A stretch of 51,920 nt of DNA from Selenomonadaceae bacterium (lineage in GTDB: Bacteria; Bacillota; Negativicutes; Selenomonadales; Selenomonadaceae), in the NCBI GenBank assembly GCA_017455645.1, contig JAFSZS010000008.1:1-51920 (forward strand), given 5' to 3'. Made by a program: the position numbers and the translations under genes. Shown here piece by piece: positions 33,964 to 43,480 of this stretch (positions within the stretch are counted from its first letter, which is position 1; every line of letters starts with the position of its first letter). The notes under the pieces were generated by a model. It was not told the DNA's origin and searched no databases. It saw only the letters and a list, made by a program, of their open reading frames with translations.

Positions 33964-34719
33964 TTAACCGTTTTTACTGAAAAATTGACTTAAAGTCGCC
34001 AAAATTTGGTCACTGTTCAAAGATTTTAATAAATACCCGTCCGGCTTGAGTGCCAAAACTTTCATGATACTTTCCTTGTCGCTTTTACCCGTCAAAAACA
34101 TTACGGGAACTTTGCCAACTTTTGTTTCACTGCGTATCATTTCCAAAACTTGAGGACCGCTTGTAACAGGCATTTCATAATCCAACAAAATTAAATCCGG
34201 CTTGTTGTCTGCAAGGTACATTAAAGCCTGCGTGCCGCTTGTTACGATTGTGACGCGGTAATATTTATCAAGCCAATTTTTCATCATCTTTAAAAAAGTT
34301 GTGTCGTCGTCAACAAGCAAAATATTTCGCTTAAATTCGTTGTTGTCAACGGAGCTTGCAATTTTGTCTACAGTTTGAGTAAGTTTTTTCAAGTCAACGG
34401 GACGCTCCAAACTTGCCGCAATTACAGTTTCGGGAATGACTTCCTTAACCGTTGCCAATTCGTCGGTATTGCCCAAAAGAATCAAAACTTTTGCCTCTTC
34501 AACGCAGAAATCTTTCAGATAGTATAAAAATTGCGGCATATCTTCAATAAATTTTCCGAGGTAAAAAACCATTATATCAGCGTTTCTTTTGTTCTCTGAA
34601 ACTTCCTCAACCAGCGGATCAATTCGCACAACTTTATAACCGGCTTTTTCCAAAGTTTTTTGAATTGAGTTGCCCATAAATGAAAAACCTTGCGTAATTA
34701 ATAAAATTTTTGTTGACAT
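33964..34719 (-). CDS. Response regulator with two receiver-like domains and no output domain
   Basis: 251 aa. The C-terminal receiver is canonical (ILLVDDD ... LILLDYEMPVTSG ... FLTGK). The N-terminal half is receiver-like but degenerate. Confidence 0.7.
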   Translation of the reverse strand: MSTKILLITQGFSFMGNSIQKTLEKAGYKVVRIDPLVEEVSENKRNADIMVFYLGKFIEDMPQFLYYLKDFCVEEAKVLILLGNTDELATVKEVIPETVIAASLERPVDLKKLTQTVDKIASSVDNNEFKRNILLVDDDTTFLKMMKNWLDKYYRVTIVTSGTQALMYLADNKPDLILLDYEMPVTSGPQVLEMIRSETKVGKVPVMFLTGKSDKESIMKVLALKPDGYLLKSLNSDQILATLSQFFSKNG

Positions 34720-34738
34720 TTACCATCTTCCTAACTTT

Positions 34739-35980
34739 TTAAAGATAACTGATTGGATTAACTCTTTGCCCGTTTACATGAACTTCGTAATGAACGTGCG
34801 GACCTGTGCTGAAGCCGGTACTGCCCATGTAGGCGATTAATTGCCCGCGTTTGACATATTGACCGGCAGTAACTACAACTTGCGAGGCGTGCCCGTAGCG
34901 AGTCATTAAGCCGTTGCCGTGATTTATATCAACCATATTACCGTAGCCGCCCGCATTCCAGCCCGCGTACTCAACAACGCCATCAGCCGTTGCAACAATA
35001 GGCGTGCCCATATCGTTTGCAATATCAATACCGGGGTGAAAATCAGTACCGCCCCAACGTAAACCGTAAGGCGAAGTTACAACGCCCGTGGTAGGCCATA
35101 TTGAAGGCATATTGGGATTGGCTGAAGGTGTACCGCCGAATTGTCCCAAATCCAGCGTTAAACTTGACGCGCTTGCAAAATCGCCTTCAACGATAATATC
35201 TTGATAAGTGCCGATTGCGGGAGCCGGTACAGCTGCAACAACCAACATTTGTTCGCGTTGATATTTTAATTCGTTTTGGAACTCGTCAAGACTTTCAAGG
35301 CGAATTGCCACGCGCTGCTCAATCATATGCAACGCCTCTGAAACGTCGGAAATTTCCACATTTGGCAAAGGTCCGCCCTGCCCGGTGTACGCGCCCTCAA
35401 CGTACGGCGGCAACCATTCAGATTGAAATTCTTGTGCAGGAACATTTTCAGTTGTAGGATTTTCAAGCGGCGGGGGCGGCGTCCATTCAGATTGAAATTC
35501 TTGTGCAGGAACATTTTCAGTAACAGGATTTTCAAGCGGCGGGGGCGGCGTCCATTCAGATTGATTTTCCGTCGCGGGTATTTCTTCAGTTACGGGAATT
35601 TCTTCAATAATTTCTTCAGTGATTTTATCTTCTTTGGCGGGTTTATTTAAGCCTGCTTGAATACGCAATTCTTCTTCCTGCTGTGCAAGATTCTGAACTG
35701 TTTCACTAAGGTTAGCGGCTTTTTTGGAAACTGCCAAAAGTTGTTCCTGTTGAATTTCGCCGGCGCGTTTTACTTCATTTATAATTTCAATATTTTGCTT
35801 GTGATGCAAGACGCTGTAAACCGAATAACTGCAAGTACCGATAAAAAGAAACGCGCTTGTCATAAAAATTAAAATTCCCAAATTAAACATAAAAGCCGAC
35901 AGCCGAATTTCTCGGCGTTTGTCTTTTCCTTCGATTGTTATTAAATAATCTTTTTTATCATCTTCCAATTTGTTTTCCAT
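34739..35980 (-). CDS. M23-family metallopeptidase (murein DD-endopeptidase type) with an N-terminal TM anchor, coiled-coil and Pro-rich repeats
   Basis: 413 aa. M23 motifs HPGIDIA, HGNGLMTRYGH and GPHVHYEV are present. Confidence 0.85.
   Translation of the reverse strand: MENKLEDDKKDYLITIEGKDKRREIRLSAFMFNLGILIFMTSAFLFIGTCSYSVYSVLHHKQNIEIINEVKRAGEIQQEQLLAVSKKAANLSETVQNLAQQEEELRIQAGLNKPAKEDKITEEIIEEIPVTEEIPATENQSEWTPPPPLENPVTENVPAQEFQSEWTPPPPLENPTTENVPAQEFQSEWLPPYVEGAYTGQGGPLPNVEISDVSEALHMIEQRVAIRLESLDEFQNELKYQREQMLVVAAVPAPAIGTYQDIIVEGDFASASSLTLDLGQFGGTPSANPNMPSIWPTTGVVTSPYGLRWGGTDFHPGIDIANDMGTPIVATADGVVEYAGWNAGGYGNMVDINHGNGLMTRYGHASQVVVTAGQYVKRGQLIAYMGSTGFSTGPHVHYEVHVNGQRVNPISYL
35414..35563. 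repeat. In-frame 69-bp tandem repeat (2.2 copies) inside the M23 peptidase gene
   Basis: CCATTCAGATTG recurs at 35414, 35483 and 35552. The repeat encodes ENP(V/T)TENVPAQEFQSEWTPPPPL. Confidence 0.9.
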
Positions 35981-35988
35981 TCCTCCCG

Positions 35989-36495
35989 TTATTTTGAAGT
36001 TGAAGCGTCGCGCAGGGCTTGTTCTTCTTCTTTTGTAAGTTTATATTTTTCGGATTCGCCCTTAACGATAGGCTTAACGTAACTGCGCGTAAATTCCCGC
36101 CCGTTGAGCGAAGAAATTATAACACCGGAATTTTCGGCGTCAAGAAGTGCGATACAGTAACTTAATTCTGCGGTGTCGCCTTGAAAAGCGTTGAATCTGA
36201 CAACTGCAACGCGGCTTATTGCGTGCGTCAACAGGTCTTTCATTTGGGTTAATTCGGTATTTAATTTTTCTTCAGTTTCTACGGCAGAATTAATTTTTTC
36301 GGCGTGCTTGAGTAAAATTTGCTGCGCGTTTGCATCGTCTTCATCGCTCATCAGCATTTTTCTATAACGCTTTTTCATATCAGAAAGGCGCGTTTCCAAG
36401 CTGATAATGAAGCCAATCATTACGCCAATTACAATTCCCAAAAAAATAAAAACGTACACTAAATTTTCAACAATAGCGGCGTTAAAATCGCCCAT
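35989..36495 (-). CDS. DUF4446-family protein
   Basis: 168 aa. An N-terminal TM helix is followed by VAVVRFNAFQGDTAELSYCIALLDAENSGVIISSL, which is typical of DUF4446. Confidence 0.65.
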   Translation of the reverse strand: MGDFNAAIVENLVYVFIFLGIVIGVMIGFIISLETRLSDMKKRYRKMLMSDEDDANAQQILLKHAEKINSAVETEEKLNTELTQMKDLLTHAISRVAVVRFNAFQGDTAELSYCIALLDAENSGVIISSLNGREFTRSYVKPIVKGESEKYKLTKEEEQALRDASTSK

Positions 36496-36546
36496 ACTTT
36501 TCCCTCCGCCCAGATTATAACATTTTTATTTTAGCAGTACAAAATT

Positions 36547-37194
36547 CTATTTTGCATTTTGGTTGAGATAAAAGCTAAGTGCGCTTAAACCTACCATTAA
36601 ATTTTCATTGATAACGGTAAAATCATTCGGCACTTCGATTTGAACGGCAGAAAAATTCCAAATCCCTTTGACTCCCGCCTCAACCAAAACATCTGCTACA
36701 TTTTGCGCCGCGTCGTCCGGAACGGCGATAACTCCAATATCAATTAATTTTCTGCCGGAAATTGGCACGAACTTTTTAAAATCGTAAATGCGCACGCCGT
36801 TAATATCTTCGCCGATTTTATTTTCGTCAATGTCAAAAAGCGCGGCAATGACAAAGCCCCAATCAGTAATTTTTTCAAATTTGGCAAGAGCCGCGCCCAA
36901 ATTTCCGACGCCGATAATTGCAATTCTCCAATAATTTTGCAAGCCCAAAATATTTCCAATTTTAAGCATTAAGTTAATTACGTCATAGCCCGCGCCCTTA
37001 ATTCCAAAGTGTCCGAAAAGGTTTAAATCTTTGCGAATTGTTTCGGGGGTAATTCCCAAAATTTTTGAAAGTTCAAGCGTGGAAGTTGTAACAACGTCTT
37101 CATTGTCAAGATTTTGTAAAGTTTTGTAGTACAGCGGCAAACGCTCAATCGTTGCACGCGGGATTTTTATTTGTTCTTTTACGCTTGACAGCAT
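36547..37194 (-). CDS. rex: Redox-sensing transcriptional repressor Rex
   Basis: 215 aa. It has a winged-helix N-terminus (IPRATIERLPLYYKTL) and the Rossmann motif IIGVGNLGAALA. Confidence 0.85.
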   Translation of the reverse strand: MLSSVKEQIKIPRATIERLPLYYKTLQNLDNEDVVTTSTLELSKILGITPETIRKDLNLFGHFGIKGAGYDVINLMLKIGNILGLQNYWRIAIIGVGNLGAALAKFEKITDWGFVIAALFDIDENKIGEDINGVRIYDFKKFVPISGRKLIDIGVIAVPDDAAQNVADVLVEAGVKGIWNFSAVQIEVPNDFTVINENLMVGLSALSFYLNQNAK

Positions 37195-37462
37195 TTTTAT
37201 TCAGCTCCTGTTTCAGAGTAATGTTTTTATTTTTGAATATACTTTTCTTTTTCCAAAGCAAAAAAGAAAAGTATCAAAAGAAAAGTGCTTTTTTCCGCCC
37301 GCTCGCGCACAATTCGTTGGTGAATTTGCAAACGAGTAAAAATTTCTAAATTTGACGGCGGCGCAAATGTGTTGGCAAAGTGCAAAAGCGGGCGGCTAAT
37401 TTTTTTCAAAAATTTTATTGCGCATCCTGCGCATATGGCGGCGCACGTCCTGTGCGCCTTTT

Positions 37463-39049
37463 TTAATTTTCATCGTCAATCAAAGTAATTGCAACGCCCA
37501 ACGCCCCCAACAGCCACATCAGCATTGAACTTGGTATGTTGAAAAGTAAATCGTCGCTCATACCGTTTAACGCCATTGACAAAAATGCAAGCCCTATTCC
37601 AAATTTCAGCCCCTCGACAAATTTTTTGTCTGAAGTCAATCTTTCGGTTTCAGTTTCAAAAAGTGAATCGTCGGCGAATTTTTGCACGTCAAAATTATCG
37701 TCGTCAGATTTTTTGTCGTCTTTGGATTTTTTCTTGGAGCTGAATTTTAATTCGTCGTGGTGTACCAATTCCGGTTCAGATTTTTTCGCCGGCTTTTTGG
37801 GTTCCTGTTCTTTTTGCGGCGAAAATTTATCAAGAATTTTGTTTGACAAGTCAGCCATTCGCAGCATCAGCATTGATTTTGCCTGCGCCAATTCCTGTAA
37901 AAATTTGCTCGTCGAAAAAGTTTTTATCAGTTGTTCGTTGAAAAGTTTTTGAAATTTGGATTCGCCGTCTGCAGTTTTTGAGTTGGAAGTCAACGCTGTA
38001 AACATTGTGCCGAAAAAGTACCAGAAATAAGAAAGTGCGCCCGCAATTCCAATTTCAGCCGCCGTTTGCAAATATAAATTGTGCGCGTGATTAATTGTCG
38101 CGGCAGAATTTGTGAGATAGTAATTGTACTGCGGAAAAAGCATTTCGTACGCGCCCCAGCCAATTCCGACAAATGGATGATCTGCAATCATTGAAATTGT
38201 ACTTACCCAAATTGCCGTGCGCGGAATTTCTGAAAAATCGTTTGGCGCAGTGAAAATCTCCATAACCTTTTCAAAAAAATTTGCGTCATTGTAATAAACT
38301 ACGCCGATAATCAGCGCAAGCAAGGTTAAAAATCGCCAATCCTGTAAAAAGCCGTAAAACAAAAAAATAATTGCAAGCGACAAAAATGCTCCGTGCGAAT
38401 GTGTCATTGCCAAACACGCCGCAAAAAATATTATCGCGCCCAATAAAATAAATTTTTCCCTGCGCGAGCCGAATTTTGCCAAAAATCCCAGTGCAAGGCA
38501 AATTATCGCGTCCAGATAACCCGCCAAAACATTTGGATTTTCCATTGTCGAAAAAACGTATTTGCGCAATTCGGGGTGTAATTCGCCGTCCGCCCAAGTC
38601 ATTTCTGCAAGGTCAATTCCAAAAATATATTGAAAGTAGCCGCCGAGTGCAACAATCACAGCCGACGCGGCTAAAACTTTTGCCAAGTCTTTTATTTGTT
38701 CAGCCGTGCGGATATTTTGCCCGACCAGCAGATAAGTTAAGCCGTAAACGCCGCCAACAGCGCAGTAATTGTAAATCAATTCAAAGTCTCGCGCAGGAGA
38801 ATTAAAAACCGAAATTGCGCCCAGCATTATAAAAATTGAAACGGGAATATCAAAAGGCAGGGAGCGAATTTTAAATTTCGTGTCAATTTGCAGGCGGAAA
38901 AACCAAAAAGTAATTCCGAACATTACAGCCGCCGCCGCCAAACTAGGGAAAATAGGCAAAAAAAATGCTTCCGCCCAAATTGCGCGGATTGTCCAATTTT
39001 CCAAATTTTTTATTCTTTGGCGTCTTACAAAAACATCGATTCTATTCAT
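37463..39049 (-). CDS. O-antigen-ligase/Wzy_C-family membrane protein with a Lys/Asp-rich C-terminal extension
   Basis: ORF 37463..39196. The internal ATG at 39049 (GAGGAG upstream) gives MNRIDVF and overlaps the VirK stop by 8 nt. The protein is multi-TM and has a MTHSHGAF loop. Confidence 0.7.
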   Translation of the reverse strand: MNRIDVFVRRQRIKNLENWTIRAIWAEAFFLPIFPSLAAAAVMFGITFWFFRLQIDTKFKIRSLPFDIPVSIFIMLGAISVFNSPARDFELIYNYCAVGGVYGLTYLLVGQNIRTAEQIKDLAKVLAASAVIVALGGYFQYIFGIDLAEMTWADGELHPELRKYVFSTMENPNVLAGYLDAIICLALGFLAKFGSRREKFILLGAIIFFAACLAMTHSHGAFLSLAIIFLFYGFLQDWRFLTLLALIIGVVYYNDANFFEKVMEIFTAPNDFSEIPRTAIWVSTISMIADHPFVGIGWGAYEMLFPQYNYYLTNSAATINHAHNLYLQTAAEIGIAGALSYFWYFFGTMFTALTSNSKTADGESKFQKLFNEQLIKTFSTSKFLQELAQAKSMLMLRMADLSNKILDKFSPQKEQEPKKPAKKSEPELVHHDELKFSSKKKSKDDKKSDDDNFDVQKFADDSLFETETERLTSDKKFVEGLKFGIGLAFLSMALNGMSDDLLFNIPSSMLMWLLGALGVAITLIDDEN

Positions 39050-39947
39050 TAAAATCTCCTCGTTTGCAAGCGTGAATATTTTTAAAAATCGCCGCGTCAA
39101 TTTCGTCAAGCAAAGTAAATCTGCGGCGATAAACCGCGCGTTTTTGCGTTGGAATTTCTTCAAAAGTTTTTCTTTTTTCGACAAGCGGCAATTCAAAAAA
39201 TCTTTTGTCGTTGGTAGGGGAGCCGCCGCATTCCTGCCAAAAATCGCTGAAGGAAGTTTTTAATTTTCTGTCGCTGCGAATGTGATTATTTGCGTAGTAG
39301 CCGTAATTTGTAACGGCGTAAATTTTTTTTAAATTCAAAGCGCGGGCGACGGCTTGAGCGGCGTACAGGATTAAATTTTTTGTGCGGTAGGCGTGACATT
39401 TTTTGGTTAAAATTTTTATTAAATCTTTGGAGTTTTCGACGTTTGGACCTTGCAACGCGCCAATCCACATTGAATTTTCAAAAATCCAAAAAATAATTTG
39501 GTAGACCGGTGTATTATTGGCAAGTTCCAAAACTATTGAAGCAAGCCCTTCCTTTTTTTGTCCGGAATGCATAGAAATTACAAGCCGCAATTCGCCCAAA
39601 TTTTCCTCAAGCGGCATTTTCCACAAAAAAATTTTTTCGCCGCCGTAAAGTTTCAGCAAAAAATTTTCTGTCATTGTGCGCGTTAAAAATTTGAAATGTT
39701 CTTCAATGATTTTAATTCGTTCGTCGAAAGTTGACTTGTAGTAAAAAAAGGCGCGTGTAGCTTGTTCATAGACAAAGGGAAATTTTTCGGCAATTTCGCG
39801 CAGATTTTCTGATTGTGAAAAAAAATTCTCAAGGCGTTGCATTTTTTGCGGGTGCAAATAACAACGCGCCACAAATACCGCAAAACGCCGAGCTTCCCGC
39901 GGATTTTTTAAATCGTAAATTTTTTTTCCGAGTTCAACAAATTTCAA
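39042..39947 (-). CDS. VirK/YbjX-family (DUF535) protein
   Basis: 301 aa. The segment WIGALQGPN...KILTKKCHAYRTKNLILYAAQAVARALNLKKIYAVTN matches the DUF535 pattern from memory. Confidence 0.6.
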   Translation of the reverse strand: MKFVELGKKIYDLKNPREARRFAVFVARCYLHPQKMQRLENFFSQSENLREIAEKFPFVYEQATRAFFYYKSTFDERIKIIEEHFKFLTRTMTENFLLKLYGGEKIFLWKMPLEENLGELRLVISMHSGQKKEGLASIVLELANNTPVYQIIFWIFENSMWIGALQGPNVENSKDLIKILTKKCHAYRTKNLILYAAQAVARALNLKKIYAVTNYGYYANNHIRSDRKLKTSFSDFWQECGGSPTNDKRFFELPLVEKRKTFEEIPTQKRAVYRRRFTLLDEIDAAIFKNIHACKRGDFNE

Positions 39948-39999
39948 ACAAAAGACCTCTTAAATTATTTTTGTAGTTTATTCTAAATTATTTTGCGCC

Positions 40000-40027
40000 T
40001 TGTGTAAATGAAAAATTTTGTTATAAT
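40000..40027 (+). promoter_or_regulatory. Candidate promoter for ilvBN
   Basis: -35 TTGTGT (40000-40005), 16-nt spacer, extended -10 TGTTATAAT (40019-40027). The start codon lies ~35-40 nt downstream, so there is no room for a leader or attenuator. Confidence 0.5.
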
Positions 40028-40064
40028 TGCTTGAAATAAAAAATTGGAGGGAAAATTTTTGAGA

Positions 40065-41741
40065 ATGAATGGAGCGCAGGCGTTATTGGAATGTCTGAAA
40101 AATGAAGGCGTTGATTTGGTTTTTGGTTATCCTGGCGGCGTCGTTTTGAAACTTTATGACGAAATTTATAAATCTAAATTCCCAAATATTTTAACCGGAC
40201 ACGAACAGGGCGCGGTACACGCGGCTGACGGCTACGCGCGCGCAACGGGCAAAGTTGGAGTTGTAATTGCAACTTCGGGACCCGGCGCGGCAAATTTAAT
40301 CACGGGTATTGCAACTGCGAATATGGATTCAGTGCCGCTTGTTTGTATCACGGGACAAGTTGCAAGCCCCGCAATCGGCAAGGATTCTTTTCAAGAAGTT
40401 GACGTTTGCGGAATTACCGCGCCAATTACAAAACACAATTACCTTGTAAAAAATGTTGCGGAATTGCCGCGCGTCGTCAAGGAAGCTTTTTTTATTGCGC
40501 GTACAGGCAGACCCGCGCCTGTTTGCATTGACATTGCGGCGAATGTTTTTAATACTGAAATTGATTTTGAATATCCCGAAAAAATAAATCTGCGCGGCTA
40601 CACTGATGAAAATCCCTGCGATGAAAAAGCGGTTGCCGAAGTTGTAACGGCGATTGAAAAGGCTGATTTTCCATTGGTATTTGCGGGCGGCGGCGTCATT
40701 TCTTCCAACACTTCAAATGTCCTGCGCGAAATTTTGGACAGGCTCGGTTGTCCCTGCACTTCAACTTTAATGGGCTTGGGCAGCATTGAACCGGAGCGCG
40801 AAGGCTATTTGGGATTTGCGGGAATGCATGGCAGTTACGGCGCAAATATAGCAATTCAAGAATGCGATTTACTTTTGTGCATTGGAATGAGATTCAGCGA
40901 CAGAGTTACCGGCAAAGTTGCAGAATTTGCGCCAAACGCTAAAATTGTTCATTTTGAAATTGACCCCGCCGAAATTAATAAAAATGTTCAAGTCGATATA
41001 AAAGTTTTGGGCGATTTAAAAAATTCCCTGCCGCTCCTGCGCGACAAACTCAACGCCTCTGAAACTAATTTTAAGCAAAAATTTAACAGTTGGCTGAATT
41101 TGTCCGTTGAAAAAGGAAACAAACACCCTTTCAGTTACAAAACTGACGGCGACAATATTAAACCCGGCGCGCTTATTTCAAAAATCAGCGAAATTTGCGA
41201 TAAAAATACAATAGCCGTTACTGACGTTGGACAACACCAAATGTGGGCGGCGCAATTTTTCAAAGTACAAGCCCCGCGCCAATTTTTGACAAGCGGCGGC
41301 TTAGGTACAATGGGATTCGGTTTACCCGCGGCGATGGGCGCAAAATTGGCTTGCCCCGAAAAAAATGTTGTACTTTTCACGGGCGACGGCTCCATTATGA
41401 TGAATATTCAGGAACTTGCAACAATCGCTGATAATGACATTGATATTAAAATTGTTATCGTACATAATTTTATTTTGGGAATGGTCGGGCAATGGCAAAG
41501 ACTTTTCTACAACCACCATTATTCGGCGTCAGAATTAAATTTGAAACGTGATTTTATAAAAATTGCCGAGGCTATGGGCGTACGCGGTTACCGGCTTACA
41601 AAGGCAGCGGAACTTGAGAAATTGCCGGAAATTTTGAACTCAAAGGGCGCGGCTGTCATTGATGTTTACGTTCCGCAAGATGAAAATGTTTTGCCAATGG
41701 TGCCGGGCGGCAAGCGTCTTGACCAAATGGTTTTAAGTTGA
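40065..41741 (+). CDS. ilvB: Acetolactate synthase (AHAS) large subunit
   Basis: ORF 40044..41741. The start is ATG 40065 or TTG 40059, after GGAGGG. The protein is ThDP-dependent, with motifs GYPGG and GLGTMGFGLPAAMGA...GDGS..MN. It is followed by the small subunit. Confidence 0.9.
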   Translation: MNGAQALLECLKNEGVDLVFGYPGGVVLKLYDEIYKSKFPNILTGHEQGAVHAADGYARATGKVGVVIATSGPGAANLITGIATANMDSVPLVCITGQVASPAIGKDSFQEVDVCGITAPITKHNYLVKNVAELPRVVKEAFFIARTGRPAPVCIDIAANVFNTEIDFEYPEKINLRGYTDENPCDEKAVAEVVTAIEKADFPLVFAGGGVISSNTSNVLREILDRLGCPCTSTLMGLGSIEPEREGYLGFAGMHGSYGANIAIQECDLLLCIGMRFSDRVTGKVAEFAPNAKIVHFEIDPAEINKNVQVDIKVLGDLKNSLPLLRDKLNASETNFKQKFNSWLNLSVEKGNKHPFSYKTDGDNIKPGALISKISEICDKNTIAVTDVGQHQMWAAQFFKVQAPRQFLTSGGLGTMGFGLPAAMGAKLACPEKNVVLFTGDGSIMMNIQELATIADNDIDIKIVIVHNFILGMVGQWQRLFYNHHYSASELNLKRDFIKIAEAMGVRGYRLTKAAELEKLPEILNSKGAAVIDVYVPQDENVLPMVPGGKRLDQMVLS

Positions 41742-41751
41742 GGTGTTGAAT

Positions 41752-42252
41752 ATGCAAAAATTTTTATTGGCAGTTTTGGTAGACAACAAGCCCGGCGTTT
41801 TAACGCACGTTGCAGGATTAATCAGCCGCCGCGCTTTTAACATTGAAAGTATTTCCGCCGGTTACACCGAAGAGCCCAGCGTTACAAGAATTAATATCGT
41901 TGTCAGCGTCGAAAGTGAAAACGAACTTGATCAAGTTGTTAATCAGCTCGGCAAATTAATTGACGTGATAAAAATTGTAAACTTGAGTAAAGCTCCTTCA
42001 ATCGAACGTGAACTTGTTATGATTAAGGTTAAGGCAACAAAGGAAGCTCGCGCAGATTTGGTTAGCATTGTCGATATTTTCCGCGCAAAAATTGTTGACG
42101 TGACAAGCGAAAATGTCATTATCGAACTTACCGGCAACGAAAGAAAAATTGACGCTATCTGCGAAGTTTTGAGCGATTATGAAATTGTGGAAATTGCCCG
42201 CACGGGAGCTATTGCACTTTCACGCGGTCCTATTCCCGTAAAAAAAATGTAG
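41752..42252 (+). CDS. ilvN: Acetolactate synthase small (regulatory, ACT-domain) subunit
   Basis: ORF 41743..42252. ATG 41752 gives MQKFLLAVLVDNKPGVLTHVAGLISRRAFNIESI, the classic IlvH/IlvN ACT domain. Confidence 0.9.
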   Translation: MQKFLLAVLVDNKPGVLTHVAGLISRRAFNIESISAGYTEEPSVTRINIVVSVESENELDQVVNQLGKLIDVIKIVNLSKAPSIERELVMIKVKATKEARADLVSIVDIFRAKIVDVTSENVIIELTGNERKIDAICEVLSDYEIVEIARTGAIALSRGPIPVKKM

Positions 42253-42261
42253 GTGATAAAA

Positions 42262-42828
42262 ATGACTGAAGTTGAAAAACTCCGCGCAGGGCTTGAATAT
42301 GATTTTTACGATCCTGAAGTTGACGCGCTGAAATTGAACGCGGTTAAACTTTGCCAAAAACTCAATGCAATACCCGTTACAGATTATCCCGCCAAAGAAA
42401 AAACTATTCGTGAACTTTTTGGCAGCGCGGGCGAAAATCCCGTTGTCTTGCCGGTTTTCAACTGCGATAACGGGAAAAATATTCACGTTGGAGACTTTTT
42501 TTTGGCAAATTACAACGTAACGATTTTGGATATTATGGAAGTGCAAATTGGCGATTACGTTATGATTGGTCCAAACACTTTAATAACAACGGTAAATCAC
42601 CCGCTGAATCCAATGGGCAGAAGAAAACATTTGGGAATTGGCAAGCCGGTAAAAATTGGCAACGATGTTTGGATTGGCGCAAATGTTACGATTTTGCCCG
42701 GCGTAACCATTGGTAACAACGTTATCATTGCGGCAGGCGCGGTTGTTACAAAAGATGTTGCAGATAATTCTTTGGTCGGCGGCGTTCCCGCAAAATTTAT
42801 CAAAAATATTCCAAATGACATAGAATAA
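42262..42828 (+). CDS. maa: Maltose/galactoside O-acetyltransferase (left-handed beta-helix, hexapeptide repeats)
   Basis: ORF 42253..42828, with ATG 42262 after AGGTGA. Hexapeptide repeats are visible (IGDYVMIGPN, IGNDVWIGANVTILPGVTIGNNVIIAAGAVV). The Mac-type N-terminus is present. Confidence 0.8.
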   Translation: MTEVEKLRAGLEYDFYDPEVDALKLNAVKLCQKLNAIPVTDYPAKEKTIRELFGSAGENPVVLPVFNCDNGKNIHVGDFFLANYNVTILDIMEVQIGDYVMIGPNTLITTVNHPLNPMGRRKHLGIGKPVKIGNDVWIGANVTILPGVTIGNNVIIAAGAVVTKDVADNSLVGGVPAKFIKNIPNDIE

Positions 42829-42847
42829 ATTTTTGGGGGTTTTTAAA

Positions 42848-43426
42848 ATGAAAAAAGATTTAGGCGTTGCTCCGTACCTTTTCCCGATGCCGGTTTTAAT
42901 GATTGCAACTTACAACGAAGATGAAACTGTTGACGTTATGAATATGGCGTGGGGCGGAATTTGCGCAGAAAATATGGTTGCGCTGAATTTGGACGAGGAA
43001 CATAAAACCGTTGCAAATTTAAAAAATACCAAGGCTTTTACACTTTCAATAGCTGACGCCGCGCATATCAAAGAATCTGACTTTTTCGGAATTGCAAGCG
43101 GCAACAAAATGAAAGATAAATTTGAGCGTTCCAAAATGACGGCGATTAAAAGCAGCCGCGTCAATGCTCCTATCGTTGAAGAATATCCCGTTACGCTTGA
43201 ATGTAAAGTTGTCGAATTTCAAAATCAACCGTACGGCTTGCGCGTTTTGGGCGAAATTGTCAACGTCATTGCTGATGAAAGCGTTCTTGACGAAAAAGGC
43301 AAAATTGACGCCGGAAAATTAAACGCCTTTGTTTTTGACCAATTCAGAAACGATTATTACAAAGTTGGAGAAAAAATTGGCAAGGCGTGGAACGCGGGTG
43401 CAAGTCTTATGAAGCCACAAAAGTAA
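42848..43426 (+). CDS. Flavin reductase-like (FMN-binding split-barrel) protein
   Basis: ORF 42833..43426, with ATG 42848. LFPMPVLMIATYNEDETVDVMNMAWGG is typical of the flavin reductase family. Confidence 0.7.
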   Translation: MKKDLGVAPYLFPMPVLMIATYNEDETVDVMNMAWGGICAENMVALNLDEEHKTVANLKNTKAFTLSIADAAHIKESDFFGIASGNKMKDKFERSKMTAIKSSRVNAPIVEEYPVTLECKVVEFQNQPYGLRVLGEIVNVIADESVLDEKGKIDAGKLNAFVFDQFRNDYYKVGEKIGKAWNAGASLMKPQK

Positions 43427-43448
43427 AATAAAAATTTTCAATAAAAAA

Positions 43449-43476
43449 GCGCGACGGATTTAACCGCCGCGTTTTT
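43449..43476. terminator. Stem-loop terminator between convergent genes
   Basis: GCGCGACGG-atttaa-CCGCCGCGT (one mismatch, one G-U pair) followed by TTTTT. An A-run precedes it, so it could act on the opposite strand as well. Confidence 0.6.
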
Positions 43477-43480
43477 AATT

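Noticed and set aside
37195-37462. A Rex operator (TTGTGAA-N-TTCACAA) for autoregulation upstream of rex, and the hairpins at 37418-37462.
   Set aside because: No convincing Rex-box palindrome was found; there is only CACAATTCGTTGGTGAA, with the half-sites in the wrong arrangement. The GGCGCAC/GTGCGCC and TGCGCA hairpins are most simply a terminator region for the upstream O-antigen-ligase gene. I did not list them as features because the U-tract is weak on the relevant strand.
39050-39196. The 49-codon N-terminal extension of the O-antigen-ligase ORF.
   Set aside because: The extension overlaps the 3' end of the VirK-like gene. The internal ATG at 39049 has a GAGGAG RBS and gives a typical 8-nt overlap coupling.
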